A stretch of DNA of 61,576 bases, filler included, from Sphacelaria rigidula (lineage: Eukaryota): NCBI GenBank assembly GCA_964200075.2. It is 5 parts of 5 records of this genome, joined end to end, with 100 filler letters (N's around TTAATTAATTAA, not from the genome) between each part and the next. Parts side by side here need not be neighbours in the genome. Positions count along the whole stretch, not along the records: positions 12,337 to 24,571 come from CAXNAA020003971.1; positions 24,672 to 36,906 come from CAXNAA020003972.1; 3 more parts are not named here. One strand, given 5' to 3'. Position numbers and translations under genes: made by a program. Numbering within the stretch: the first letter of the stretch is position 1; every line of letters begins with the position of its first letter. Of this stretch, positions 12,973 to 24,769 are shown one piece after another. Below the pieces are notes generated by a model, which was not told the origin of the DNA, did no database searches, and was given only the letters and a program-made list of their open reading frames with translations.

Positions 12973-14290
12973 TTATGCTATACATTCAGTCATAACACAA
13001 TACCTTCCCGTCCCCAAATCCAGTATACCTTCAACCTGCACCATAGTGTACCTGGATGAACCCAAGTATATATGCCCCAGGATCGGCAACATACTATTTT
13101 TGAAATAATAGCTCCCCTTGTCGGTGCTGAGTCCTGGTCGTATCATCACGCAGAAATGTATTACCCCTTTGAAATGAAACAAATACTCGTAACATAATTC
13201 CGTCAGCTTCATAAGACTTCGCATTGCAAAAATATTCAACGTGTCGAGAAAAAGTATTCTTACTACATTCCACACTCCCCTGATCTTACGTCGCTTCCAT
13301 CAAACATCAATCCGTGTTTCTTCCATACACACGCGGCCATTTGGCTATCCCCATGAAAATCCTCTATCGCGATTTTCATCCTCTCCAGGGTAGAATACCC
13401 TCTAGCGGGAATTTCATCCTCAGGTGCGATTATAAACGAATCCTCTGAAAGGCATCTAATGCTCGAGGGACTTTTGAGATCTAAATCTCTCGAGAGTAAC
13501 GAAAGAGACGTTGCTCTGCAGGGCCTCGCATCCTCCAAATTCCTCGGAGGGTGCGCGGCCCTCCAGAGGCAAAACAAGCCACTGGGGGGCGTTTGACCCC
13601 ACCCCTCTGGAGGGCCGCGCACCCTCTGGAGGCGTTTAACCCATTTGGGACCGGGCCTCCAGAACGACCAATGAAGCTGGTTAGGAATGGCGTGTCTGGC
13701 GTCTGCACAAAACGAAAGCATGTTGCTAAAAATCCGCGTATGTAACCGCAGGGTTACGAGGAAGACCGAAAGTTTCATCCAATCCATTTTTAGGTGCAGG
13801 GTGCGCATTAGGTAATGAACATCTGATGTAGCAAACCGTATGTATCGCGGTAGAGAGCTTCCACCAGGATGCGGCGACCGGCGGACCGCATCTCACTTGT
13901 TGCTTTGGATGACATTATTGTCCACATCACCTTGTCACACAGACATTTGTGGTCGGGTTGGGTCGTCACTTCCCTCTTTGTCGCATGCGACAAATTCTCT
14001 TCGAAGGTTATGGGCGTTGCGGCGCACATACATACAGTACAGTACAGTGCAGTGTAGTGCAGTACGCCTCTTCGACTGCAGCAGTAGCTGCTGCTGCATA
14101 CTCCTATGCACGTTCGGGGCAGTTCTCGGCGACGGAGATGAGCTGCCCATACACAGCTTGTTCATCCCCGCCCACTACATACATGTTCACAGTGTTCTGC
14201 AAGTCATCGGCAGAGGGATATGCAGAGTTCATTACAGTAGCTCCTTCTGTCTTTGCACGCCCACCTCGTGAAAATGATCACATTACAGGG
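12973..14290 (-). pseudogene. Decayed intronless ORF of unknown or mobile origin (weak resemblance to DUF6589-type proteins)
   Basis: Collinear protein-like pieces broken by stops and frameshifts: MYVVGGDEQAVYGQL, RDTYGLLHQMF/HYLMRTLH, SEDSFIIAPEDEIPARGYSTLERMKIAIEDF, FKNSMLPILGHIYLGSSRYTMVQVEGILDL. Family assignment is from recalled pattern only. Confidence 0.35.
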
Positions 14291-14399
14291 GATTCTACAT
14301 AACGAGGTTGATCAATAAAATGAGGTTTGAGGAGGCTAGCCAGTATGCGACAAAAACCCGAAGGAAGTACCGTCCGCAAGTGCCTTCGATCATTTTCGG

Positions 14400-14523
14400 G
14401 GAGGGGGGCGGGCGTACTTCTTTGTTGCTTGCCTTAGTCGTTTGACTATTGACCTTCCGAGACGGGGCGTGGTCGATAGTCAAACCACTAAGGCATGCAT
14501 GATCATGAGTACACCCCCTCCCC
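14400..14523. repeat. Inverted pair of LINE/SINE 3' tails forming a hairpin
   Basis: gccttagtcgtttgactattgacc pairs with ggtcgatagtcaaaccactaaggc (2 mismatches in 24); G-run on the left end, gagtacaccccc on the right. Confidence 0.7.
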
Positions 14524-15006
14524 GAAAATGCTGGCGAGACACCCATGACACGGGTGGCCACTTGAGTGCCTGCAACCTCAAATTTGGACGTTACAGATCT
14601 TGTGCAACGTCTGCAACGTCCGAATTTGAGGTTGCAGGCACCCCAGTGGCCACCCGTGAAGGCAGTGAATAAGCTGTGACTGTCTCTGGAAGTGGCGATA
14701 CAGCGCCTGAACTTTGGGTTCAGGCTGCATGAAGCGCGTCATATTGGCGCCATTGGTTACAACGAACCAAAGCGTGGGAATTCCCAGCTTCTCGTTGCGC
14801 TCGTCGTTTCCCCATTTCGATTTACGTGGAGATTTCCCTCCCAAAACGATGCACTCTTTGGGGGGGGGGGCTATCGTAGAAAGTGCCGTAGCCGAATAGC
14901 CGCGTGTGTGCTCTCCCTCGAAATAATCATATTCCTCTCACCACGAGAATCGAAAGATGTTTATGACGTAGTCACGGTGGAATTCAAAGGATTCTTCTGG
15001 AAAAAC

Positions 15007-16450
15007 TTAAGGATTAAAAAATTCGGCATGCTGGTACTTAGACCTTGCATGAATAATTGAGGTATCCCTTCTTCCCACTAACTCTCTGATAAAATGATAT
15101 CTTATATCAATGTGCTTAGAGGTGGACTTCGTGATGGGATCATGTGCCAATTGAATAGCACCCTGATTCTCCTCGAACACTGGGATACACGACTCTCCAA
15201 CTTCAGGTAGCATAAAATCCCACGCCACCTCCTCTGCAAATGTATGTTGTGAAACAGAAAGGGCCCCCCTCTGCAAATCTCTCTCATAATATAGTCTCGA
15301 ATAGCACCACGATTCTCCTAGATTCTTGACTGGAACAATTTTGTTCAGTTGCTTACCAAATCGATGAAACCTTTCCTCCTACCATACGGCAAACATATCG
15401 TCTACAGGTACCACCAATGTGATCACTACCTTGTTGTGATTTATCAGTCGGAACACACATGGATCTGCCAAACACTGATCACAACCTAGGTTCTTCAAGC
15501 GTCCTGCAAAATGAAGATATTATTGTCTCGAAGCCTGACAAAATCCATAGGGGGATTTGTTACGACTCATTATCTTACCAGATAAATGACCACAACCAAG
15601 AGGCAATCGCATATACACGTCTTCGTCCAGTAATGACCGCACAAAATCTTGCTCGATATCAAAATGGTGCAATGAAAGATTCTGCTCTCAAGTAAGAGCT
15701 GTCAGCAATCGTACACTCGCAAGCGCTACTGTAGGTGCATTCCATTCCCCAAAGTCAATGTCTGCCCGTTGTCGGTTCTCCCTTGCGACCAAGCTTGATT
15801 TTGCTGTCGTTGGCCACTCAAATAGATCAGCCTTCCACTTGTTAACCCACATCACGGCAATGCAATTATCTATTGTTTGCTATACCAATGCATCCATGGT
15901 CCCCGCTTCCTTCAGGCCTTGAAATCCTCGCGCCATGGAGTCCACCCATACTCCTCCCTGCTCCGGGAGTGTAGCTTCAGCGTATATCCTGAGACTTTCG
16001 ACTCCTTCATTGGGCGATGAGGAAGTTTGGGTGGTCCATGCGGCGGGCGCTGCTCCTTCATGACTATGTTGATGTCCTCCCGTGTCACCAACATCGTCGC
16101 AGTACGATATTGCAAACCATTGGGCCCCCCTGCCCCGTCACCCAATCACGTTCTCCCGGCGTCTATTGCGGACCGCGTGAGGTGGGCGGATAAAGACTCA
16201 TGGCTTGTCAAGCTGCGCAAAACCATCCCTCTCGTGATGAATAAGGGCAATGTTGTTGCCCCCTTTTTCTCGGTTTTATGCTGGGTCGTCTTCGAGTGTG
16301 GTTTTCTCGGTTGCCGAGGGTTACTTCTCAGGTCCAGTTCCTTCATAACCCCGTTGAGCAGCGGTAACAGAGACCTGTTCTGCAGATGGTGAGTTGCTGA
16401 TGATGAGGCTTCCGAAATGTACGACGGTGCCGAGGAACCGTCGAACATTG
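15007..16450 (-). mobile_element. Ty1/copia LTR retrotransposon remnant: reverse transcriptase and RNase H, decayed
   Basis: RNase H end FEENQGAIQLAHDPITKSTSKHIDIRYHFIRELV (15007-15276). RT piece QCLADPCVFRLINHNKVVITLVVPVDDMFAV (~15385-15478; YVDD degenerated to PVDD). Many stops and deletions. Confidence 0.9.
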
Positions 16451-16599
16451 GGGGTGAAGTCGGATGTCGTAAAGGTGAAGTTGGTTGTGAGGGTGGTCAA
16501 GTCGGAAATATGTCACATGGGTGTTGCTTGTGATGCGTGGTGACTGATGATGACTCTACGTGCGGTGGAAGATAGAACTTGAAAGTGTGACGCTGCGGT

Positions 16600-17340
16600 A
16601 AACGGAAATGGGGGCGGTGGCGCGTTTGTCCGGCGTAGCGGTGGTGGAACGGCATATCGCGGCGAAATGATATGATGTGGTTGCGGCGGGACGGCATATT
16701 AAGGTCGATGATGCTGTCGCGGCGGAATGGTATGATATGGTTGCGGCGGGACGGGATAATGAGGTCGATGATGGTTGTCGCGGCGCGGAACGGAATGATA
16801 TGGTTGCGACGGTGGAACCGTCTGGTGTGGCGGTGGCAGCGAGTTGTTGGCGGCGGCGACGGCGGGATGTGGTCGTGGTTGTGAAACAGTATGGTATGTC
16901 GGCGGTGTCGGGATGTGGTCGGGGTTGTAGAATAATATTATATGTAGGCGACGGCGACTGTGCGTCGGCGGCGGCGGGATCTTGTCGCGGTTGTGGAATA
17001 GTATGGTATGTCGGTGAAGACGAGTCGCCGGCGGTGGCAGGGTGTCGTAGCGGTTGTGGAACAGTATCGTATGTTTGCGGCGGCAAGTTGGCGGCGGCGG
17101 CGGTGGGATGTGGTCGTGGTTGTGGAACAGTATGCTGTGTCGGCGGCGGCGACTTGGTGGCGGCGGCGGAAAGTGGTCGTGGTTGAGGGAGAGTATGGTG
17201 TGTCGGCCGCGGCGAATTGGTGGCGGCGGTGGAAAGTGGTCGTGGTTGTGGAACAGTATAGTATATCGGCAACGGCGAGTTGGCGGCGGCGGCGGCGGCG
17301 GCGGCGGCGGAAGTTGAAGCGTCGGTGTTACCGGAAGCAT
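16600..17340. repeat. GC-rich minisatellite (~60-66 bp units, plus ~39 bp units at the left end)
   Basis: Repeating tggtcgtggttgtggaacagtatggt...cggcggcggcga.ttggcggcggcgg; the minus strand is open as (YHTVPQPRPHPAAAAANSP)n. Confidence 0.85.
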
Positions 17341-17429
17341 CCTCCCCCCCTTCCTGTCCGTCGAGCGGCGCCGGTAACTGGAGTTGTAGACGGGGCACTA
17401 CCCAGACCACGTTGTTGGTGCAACAAAGA

Positions 17430-17679
17430 GTCATCCGACGATAGGGGGGGGGGGTATTTTGGACCATTTCTTGCACGAAATTTCAAGTCAAATCGTCGTT
17501 AAAAGTAGCAACAGTTGCTCGAACAAGCTTGTTTTAGATACGTGGCGTTCATACATGCCGATCGACGTCGTTTTGAACCAAATACAAGCGCTCCGCGAGT
17601 AGGGCACGTCGTCTGACGCACCTATACGCCTCGTTTTTCGTGCAATCAAATACCCCCCCCCCCGCTATCGTAGGATGAC
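17430..17679. mobile_element. MITE (~250 bp) with poly-G/poly-C terminal inverted repeats
   Basis: Left gtcatccgacgatag(G)ntattt, right aaata(C)ngctatcgtaggatgac. A second copy is at 24298-24543. Confidence 0.8.
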
Positions 17680-17712
17680 GTCAAACGGATCAGGTTTCGG
17701 CTTTGATGACCT

Positions 17713-18542
17713 TCACAGTTGACGAGGAGTGGTTGCAGCCGTTGTTGAGGTAGTAGCACGTGACAGTTGCGGGTCCATCTTCGAGCGGCGTTCGACCCTC
17801 ATCATCCTAGGTTGAAGGAAAGAAACTATCTGGAGGGGAAAGGCGAGGTTGGTTACAACCTGGTAAGCCGGGGCATTTCCAGGGTTGGCCATCGTCGCGG
17901 AGCGGTTGAGACAATCAGTGGCCCACACCGCGGTCTCCAACCAGAGCCGATCCAAGGTGCCACCTGGAGCGGGGACGTCGGTGTAGCTTTCAGCGGAGAA
18001 GAGACGCGACTTCACCGCGGAGCGTGACCAGCCTTCGTCACGCGTCAGATTCAGCTCTCGGCCACAGTATTCTACTTCGGCGCTTCCGTTCCTGTATACC
18101 CGCGGCGAGTCCGTACATCGTCACAGAATTCGATGAAATCCTGCGAGGAAACCTCATCGCCGTTGTTGATGCGGAAGCACCGAGGAGTGCCGATTTAATT
18201 AACGACGACCATGTACCCCTTCACCTTCGTCAAGAGTTGCGCCTTTCGCGCCGAACCGTAGAGCATGATGAACGGCGACTTACCATCCACACAGGCGAGC
18301 ATGTATAGTGAACCGCCCAGTGCCCGTACATGCGGTCCCGTGAGGTCCAGGTGTACGATATCGAGGACGGTAGCCGATCGAGTACTCGGGCATGGGATCG
18401 CTGCACGTCGCCCGTTTGCCTCCACACATACTGTGCAGAGGGCCAACTGACCTGTAAGATTTATGCCCTGTTGGGCGGTGGTTGCTCGAAGAACGGTTTC
18501 ATGAGCATGGGATAGGGAAACGTGGAAGTCGTGAATCACCAC
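17713..18542 (-). mobile_element. Ty1/copia integrase remnant
   Basis: HHCC zinc finger (FHVSLSHAHE...CTVC), IVHLDLTGP...GGSLYMLACVD, RINNGDEV...FIEFC, degenerate QNGVAER (K*NTVAES), LWLETAVWATDCLNRSAT. INT-RT-RH order along the minus strand is the Copia order. Confidence 0.9.
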
Positions 18543-19059
18543 TGTCTGTTGGGGTTTGCTAACCGTTGATGGCGACTACTGGAGGCTAAAACCGCAATTG
18601 CCAGATCCAAAATGCCCTTCTCACGGGATTCCTGAACGCTTAGAACTCGAGGGAAGAATGCCGGGGGACTACTCTTAGCAACTCATATGCTTGCCTGACG
18701 AGGAATGTACAAAACCACTTCGGTCGGGAAATCCAAACCTGGGACGGCAGTCAATCCTGTGGGAACCCTACTGGAAACACCGACATCAGAACGCGAAGAC
18801 AAAGTAGTCGTTGGGGCACGCGGCAGAGCTACACTAGCCGGGGGTGCGCCCTCAGAAGGATGCGAATACACGCTCTCAGCAGGGGCACGCGGCACACAAG
18901 TTTATACAGTGTAGTGACCACAATTCGAGACCACGTTCGGATTGGCAGTCGCACCTGCCCAGCCCGTCCACGGTTTCTTCTTGCGTCATATTCTCATGCT
19001 TCTTCACGTCGAGAAAACTAAATACAGTACAAAATGTAATGTTGGGGTTCCAACGCACC

Positions 19060-20240
19060 GATGCACCGATGCACCGAGAGCGGCTCAGAAGTCACGATCT
19101 CATATGTTGTGTCGGTTCCGGTCCGCACAGGTTATAAGCGATCCGCCGATCGGTGAGCTCTTGATCCCTGTATGTGTGTTTGATACGTTCAGAGAGTTAA
19201 CACGTTTGCTTTGGTGTCCGTTGGCTTGTACGGGTGTGCGCGTAAGTGGCAAGTATGGAGACACCTCATGTCTCGACATGCCGCGTCTCCTCTCATGTCG
19301 TGAACGGTACGCTGATCGGCGATCTATCGATCCCTACACGTGTGTGAGCAAGGTGAGAAGGGTAGTACGGCCACCTGGACGGGAATACGATGCGTCTGAA
19401 AACGGTACGACTGACCCATTTCCGTGGTTACGCGAACAAACACGCCCACGACGTCTCGTTGCAGCCATCCGCCTTGCTTGCCGGTCCGCGCTAGCTTGAG
19501 CCCGTCGCGAGGTGGTGTGGGCATCACTGTGGGCGTCATGGGGCAATATGAAATAAAGCGGTGCCACAGAATTAGATTGTATTGAGGGACCACAAAGAGT
19601 TACCCATCTAACGCGGACACGTAAATACGTACTACTTTTTCCCATCACACCTAATTGAGGCACCACTCCTTCTCTTCATTTTGACTGAACTAAGACATGT
19701 TTTACATATTTACGAGTGGTATAACCCGATTTCTGAAAGCAAACGTGTAAATGTAAATATATCATTGATGGTCGCACACCCCGTGGCTTGAGTTGGTGCC
19801 GATCCGCATAGGCTGTAGACGAGGCGCCGTTCGGTGAGCTCTCGACCCCTACATATGTGTGAGCAGCTTTGGAGGGTTAGTACGCTTGCGTCTGGCGTGT
19901 TTGTGTGTGCGCAAAAATGCCGAGTCTACACACACCTCGTGTCTTGAGTTGCCGCCGATTTGCTCATGTTGTGTGCGATACACCGGTCGGAGAGAGAGCC
20001 CTCAATCCCTACATGTGTTAGGGCAGGATGAAAGGATTAGCACGCGTGCTTTCGGCATGTAAGGGTATGCGAGTATATGCAAAGACAGGACGCACCTCGT
20101 GGCTTGTGCTTCTGCCGATCAGCTCAAGGTGTTAGTGATGCCTCGAACGGTGCGCTCTCGATCCCTGCTGTGTGTCGAAACCATGGGGGGCACGGTAAAT
20201 GTGCGCGCGTAAGTGCTACATCAACACATATCATGTCTTG
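19060..20240. repeat. Degenerate ~160-bp tandem repeat (about five units, interrupted at ~19400-19770)
   Basis: Recurrent cggtgagctctcgatccctacatgtgtg (~19150, 19316, 19832, 19987, 20147) and acacctcgtgtcttgag.tgccgccgat. Confidence 0.6.
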
Positions 20241-20562
20241 AATTAAAACCAAACTACAGTCGCCAGTCGTCTGTACTGTGTATTGTCTACAAACGGTAGA
20301 ACGCGACAAAATGTTTCAACCGTGTGCAGTACAGACAGTGCAGTGCCGCCTATACTCTGCGTTAACTACGTGCAGTACAGACAGAACAAACAAGTTGTTG
20401 GACACACACTGCCCACACACTTGCAGCAGACTCATACAAAATAAGAGGGAAGAGAGGGGAGAAAAGGCTACTTACCCAGGAAGAAAAGCCAAGTGCTGAT
20501 TACACCACTCGTACAGACGGGCACGTTCAAACGTTTTCCCCTATTTGCGGGGGAAACAAGGG

Positions 20563-20845
20563 TTTCGTGAGATTGAGAGTTGAGTGCGGATTGAGTGTGG
20601 CTTTGATCATTCGCTTTAACTTGGCCGATTTTTCATTCCGTGTGTGGTTTTCTTCGTCTCATCACTGGCATGTGCTTACAGCTACACGTTGATATCCTAC
20701 TCAGGGGTATCGAGAGCCTCAGTGGCAAGCTACTACAGAGAGAATATCGGGCCTGTTTAAGGTGGATTCCGTAACTGAAACGGCTTATCCACTGATTGAC
20801 CGCTTTTCACTCTCAATCATACCTTCAACTCTCAATTTCACGAAA
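20563..20845. mobile_element. MITE (~280 bp) with terminal inverted repeats
   Basis: Left tttcgtgagattgagagttga, right tcaactctcaatttcacgaaa. The right ~100 bp matches 52664-52760 in reverse complement. Confidence 0.7.
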
Positions 20846-20986
20846 ATGTTGTTGAGAGAACTATAATACACGTAGAGGCTGATTCGAGTACGGGAGGATT
20901 CACCTTCATACATGTTAGCATCGATTTCCTGGCCGGTTCATGGTTGCCCTTCCCTCTATACTTTCCCTACACAAAGCTTCACGACG

Positions 20987-21327
20987 TCACAATCCAGGCG
21001 GAGACCGCGTAGGAGCTGCGCGGTTGGAATTTAGGGCAGCTCCGAGCGAAACGAGGTCCGGCAGCTCTTCAGTGCGGGTAGGATTTATGGCAAAAAATGA
21101 ACACCTCTGACGCTTCTGTACAGTGAAACGAAGAGCACCCGTACGCTCTCCATTTGAAGCCGAGAGATGTCTCTGCCCCCCGCGTACGTTACGACCAGAA
21201 GCGCTCGTACGTTTGCCGTTTGCCGACACGGAAATCGACAATAGTTCAGACCACTCGCATGCTCACCTTGAGAGCCGATCACGTACTTCAACACTCCCTT
21301 CACCTCAGCCACGGACAGCGTCGGCAC
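20987..21327 (-). CDS. Two putative terminal exons of an unidentified gene
   Basis: Exon 21267-21327 (pyrimidine tract + tag | VPTLSVAEVKGVLKYVIGSQ | gtgagc) is phase-compatible with a last exon at ~20987-21066 (ELPDLVSLGAALNSNRAAPTRSPPGL*). Confidence 0.45.
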
Positions 21328-21779
21328 CTACAAGCGAGACAACGCAGAAAGCGGCAATATAGCTGAACCGTTTTGAGGGTGTCAAAAGTGATTCAGAGAG
21401 CTGGTTCCTGCGTGTGATGCCTCCAGCCTCCGGAAGCAACCTCCAAACGTGCCTCGATTGGCGTTGCGACAGTCAGGTGTGCGAGGTCAAGGCTCCCTCT
21501 GCTCGAAGGAGGTCGACTTGGGTTTGTTCTTGAGTGCGCCCAGACACACAAGCGAAACATAACGCCGTGAGCACCAATGAAGCTGGAACTGGACGAGGGC
21601 GTCTAAAATAATGTGAGAAGAGCAGTGGGATGGTTTTCTCGCGCAGCGTGGCTCCGAACTAAATCGCGAAAAACGCGTGCGTGGTTCGAAGCTCCGTAAT
21701 TATGTCCGGAAGGACGGACACGTTTTGAATTTAGGACCAGTAGAAGCCTTTTCAGTCCCAAGGGCCTCACAGGAATGAG

Positions 21780-24290
21780 AAATCCGCCCCCAATTTGTAA
21801 AATCCCGTGTTACACACCTTTTAATCCAAGTATCTACGTGCAAGTCTCTGAGGATCACGTGTACCTGCCTATGGTGCCCTCACCCTTATCTATTACTTCA
21901 TTTTTGTGTTTATCCCAGGGGCTGTTGTTTGAAATCTCTACGCCGATGCATTTAAACCAGTCTGCGATCGGCAGTTCCCGTTCTCCCTGCTTCCATTTTG
22001 AACCCTACCGGGTTCTCCTTATTTACGTTGCATACAAGTACCGAGCATTTGTTCACGATCGCTGTCACTCTCCATTTGCTACTGTATTCTGGCGCCTTTT
22101 CGGTTCTGCAATCCTCCTGGTGTTTTTGATATCCCCACAAAATCGTCCTTGAACATCAATCTTGATACTATATCTTCCCCAATCTTGATTCCTCGCTTTG
22201 CTGTCTCTCTTGCTATCATCAGATCACTAGTAATAACTTAAACAGAGTGGGTGGTAACGTGCATCCCTGTGCCACTCCTTGTAGAATATTTATATACTTC
22301 AACTACCCCAACGAACATCATGGCACGTTTGGTACATTCAGTGATCGTCTTCACCATCGTCCACAGTTTTCCTCTGATGCCAGTTTATCTCACCATTTTC
22401 CACAGTCCATTTATCAATACTGTGTCACGGGCCTTTTGTACGTCCCGAACGAAGCAGTACGTTGATAGCCCGGCGTTTCCTACCTTCAATGATTCCACTT
22501 GATGTGTACAAATGGTCTCAGCAACTACAGTTTTGTCTAAAACCTGCTTGCATCTTAATGTGTTTTTTCGCCTTCTCTAGTACCGTTTTCACTCTATCAT
22601 TCAGAATCCTACATAATGTTAACACCATAGGGCTGAACAGCGTTATCCCCCTATATTTCCGGGTCACCCTTGTCTTCTGTCTTGAAAAGGTTCACTACTA
22701 CTCCTTTTCTCCACCTCTTGGGAGTGTACTCGTCTTGTCACTTTCAATAACATGGCATTACCATCACGGTAGTCATTCTGTCTCCCCGTGTTGTTTTTTT
22801 CCAGGAGTTTTTTTTTTCCCATGCTACCTTTTTGTTCTTGAGTATAGCCACACACTCATTTTCTCTATTTCATGTGAAATTTTTCTGCATTTTTTGGGGT
22901 CACTATCTTCCCGTTTTGATGTCTCTACATTCGCCTCTGCCCACGCGTTGATTTCTTTCTCAAACTTCGCGTCGAACCTCCGGCCAGTCGTTGGTGTCTC
23001 TAGTTTACGGCAGGACTCTGCTGTTACTTCTCTTTTCCCCCCTCGAACCACCAACCATGTTTCGTTTTGTGCCCGTGGGGTAGCTATCCCCTTGTCTGTA
23101 TCTCGTGCCCATTTCCCCATTATCCCTTTTATCCCTACCCACATAGGTTTCACCTCGCCATGCAATTCTCCATTTGCTTTCGTGAGTGCATTTCCCCATC
23201 TCCCCTTTTCGTTTCTCTACCATCTTCATTTCCTCGTTTCTAGCTGTAGCGATTACCTCCCACCCTGCCGTAGTTTTACTCGATATACATCTTGCGTGGG
23301 CCTCTCTCCGTACTATTACAGCCTCTCTAGCTTTCCCATCTCACCGTGTTACTACTTTGTTGCATACGATCAGTTTCCTCTCTATGATGTTACTCACTGT
23401 GTTCTTTACCAACTGCTCCCACCCTTTCCTGGTCTTCGCGCGTGCCCGATCCCTTTCCATTTCAGTATCAACTGTGTCTACGCTTTGCACAAGGTTGGAA
23501 CGTCTTACTGCATTTCTCGTATTCTCTTCTCGGAACTCTTGCTGTGTTTCTCCTTTTCATAGTATATCTTCTTCATTATTTGCACAACTTTCTACCCCGC
23601 CTATTTCTTTCGTCTCTTTTCTGTCGGCTTTCTGTCTATTTTAGGCAGTGATCTGTAGTTCCTACGTCCTCTGTGCATACATGTACTTCCGTCTCTTCAC
23701 TTTCTTCCATGCTCTGCCACTCTCTAGTCAAGGGCGGAGCGTGCCCTTAAGTTTTTGCACATTCGAGTCCATGTCCATCGCGCGTATGGCTTTTGCGCTC
23801 TATCGATCAGCGTCATTTCGTTATGCTCAAGGAGCCTCAGCATCTCTACTCCATTCGTGTACTCCTTCTCTTCCCTGTATTGCCTAGCGACATCATCAGG
23901 TTGATATCATTCCCCAACCCTTGCATTCAAATCTCCCGATAAATTTCTTCTCCCTGCCTTTTATACTCCTGCCTATCTGCTGCTTTTTCTTGAAACCTCC
24001 GCTGTCTTTCGTTCACGTCCCTCTCCGATCCTGGGAGCATATAGATATTCTCTATACAAAGAAACCCTCCAAACCCCGCACTCTTCATATCCTAATTCAT
24101 ATGCTATCGTCGGATGTTGTGTCTTCGATCGTTTCTATGATGCCGCACAGGTATTCCTTGACTAAGACTTCTCGTCGACCCGCTCCTCTGTCTCTGAGGT
24201 TCTTTCCCTCCCGCTACTCCGCCGTCTATGCGTACTCTTTACCTTTGCAGCCGGTGTCCATCCCCTCTTTCTTCTATGACGTTTGGATTT
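21780..24290 (-). mobile_element. Decayed LINE ORF2 (APE endonuclease + reverse transcriptase)
   Basis: Frameshifted pieces: EDVGTTDHCL (endonuclease SDH motif, ~23645-23670), KYRGITL...MQAGFRQNCSC*DHLYT, ILQGVAQGCTLPPTLF (~22243-22290), FVGISKTPGGLQ, CIGVEIS. Confidence 0.9.
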
Positions 24291-24297
24291 CCACTGA

Positions 24298-24543
24298 GTC
24301 ACCCTACAATAGAAGGGGGGGGTATTTTGGGCCACTTCTTGCACGAAATTCCAAGGCAAATCGCCGCTGAAATCAGCAACGGTTGCTCGAACGAACTTGT
24401 TATAAAAACAGAACGGTCATTCATACCGATTGACACCGTTTTGTACCAAATACAAGCGCATCGCGAGTGTTGCACGTCATCTGACACACTTATCAGCCTT
24501 TTTTTTCGTGCAATCAAATACCCCCCCCCCCCCCCTATCGTAG
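24298..24543. mobile_element. MITE, second copy of the 17430-17679 family
   Basis: Collinear internal similarity (cttgcacgaaatt...ccaaatacaagcgc...cgtgcaatcaaata(C)n ctatcgtag). Confidence 0.8.
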
Positions 24544-24571
24544 TCGAGTGGCAACGGCGCTGTAAAACAAA

Positions 24572-24671
24572 NNNNNNNNNNNNNNNNNNNNNNNNNNNNN
24601 NNNNNNNNNNNNNNNTTAATTAATTAANNNNNNNNNNNNNNNNNNNNNNNNNNNNNNNNNNNNNNNNNNNN
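24572..24671. other. Artificial contig linker
   Basis: N44-TTAATTAATTAA-N44. Confidence 0.97.
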
Positions 24672-24769
24672 GGATGCCCTTGTCCCCTGGTCATCATCCA
24701 GGATCCACTATATACTCAACCGTGACGGCGTGATTTCGCCACAGCATAGAGGCAAGTCCTGTCCAAGCA

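Noticed and set aside
14442..14672. LKFGRY as the GH95 FQYGRY motif
   Set aside because: Wrong strand, different contig, and no following LLISSSR/NLQG motifs.
22462..23562. 366-aa hydrophobic plus-strand ORF resembling a membrane protein
   Set aside because: Antisense to the purine-rich LINE ORF2; its Phe/Ser/Leu richness follows from the base composition.
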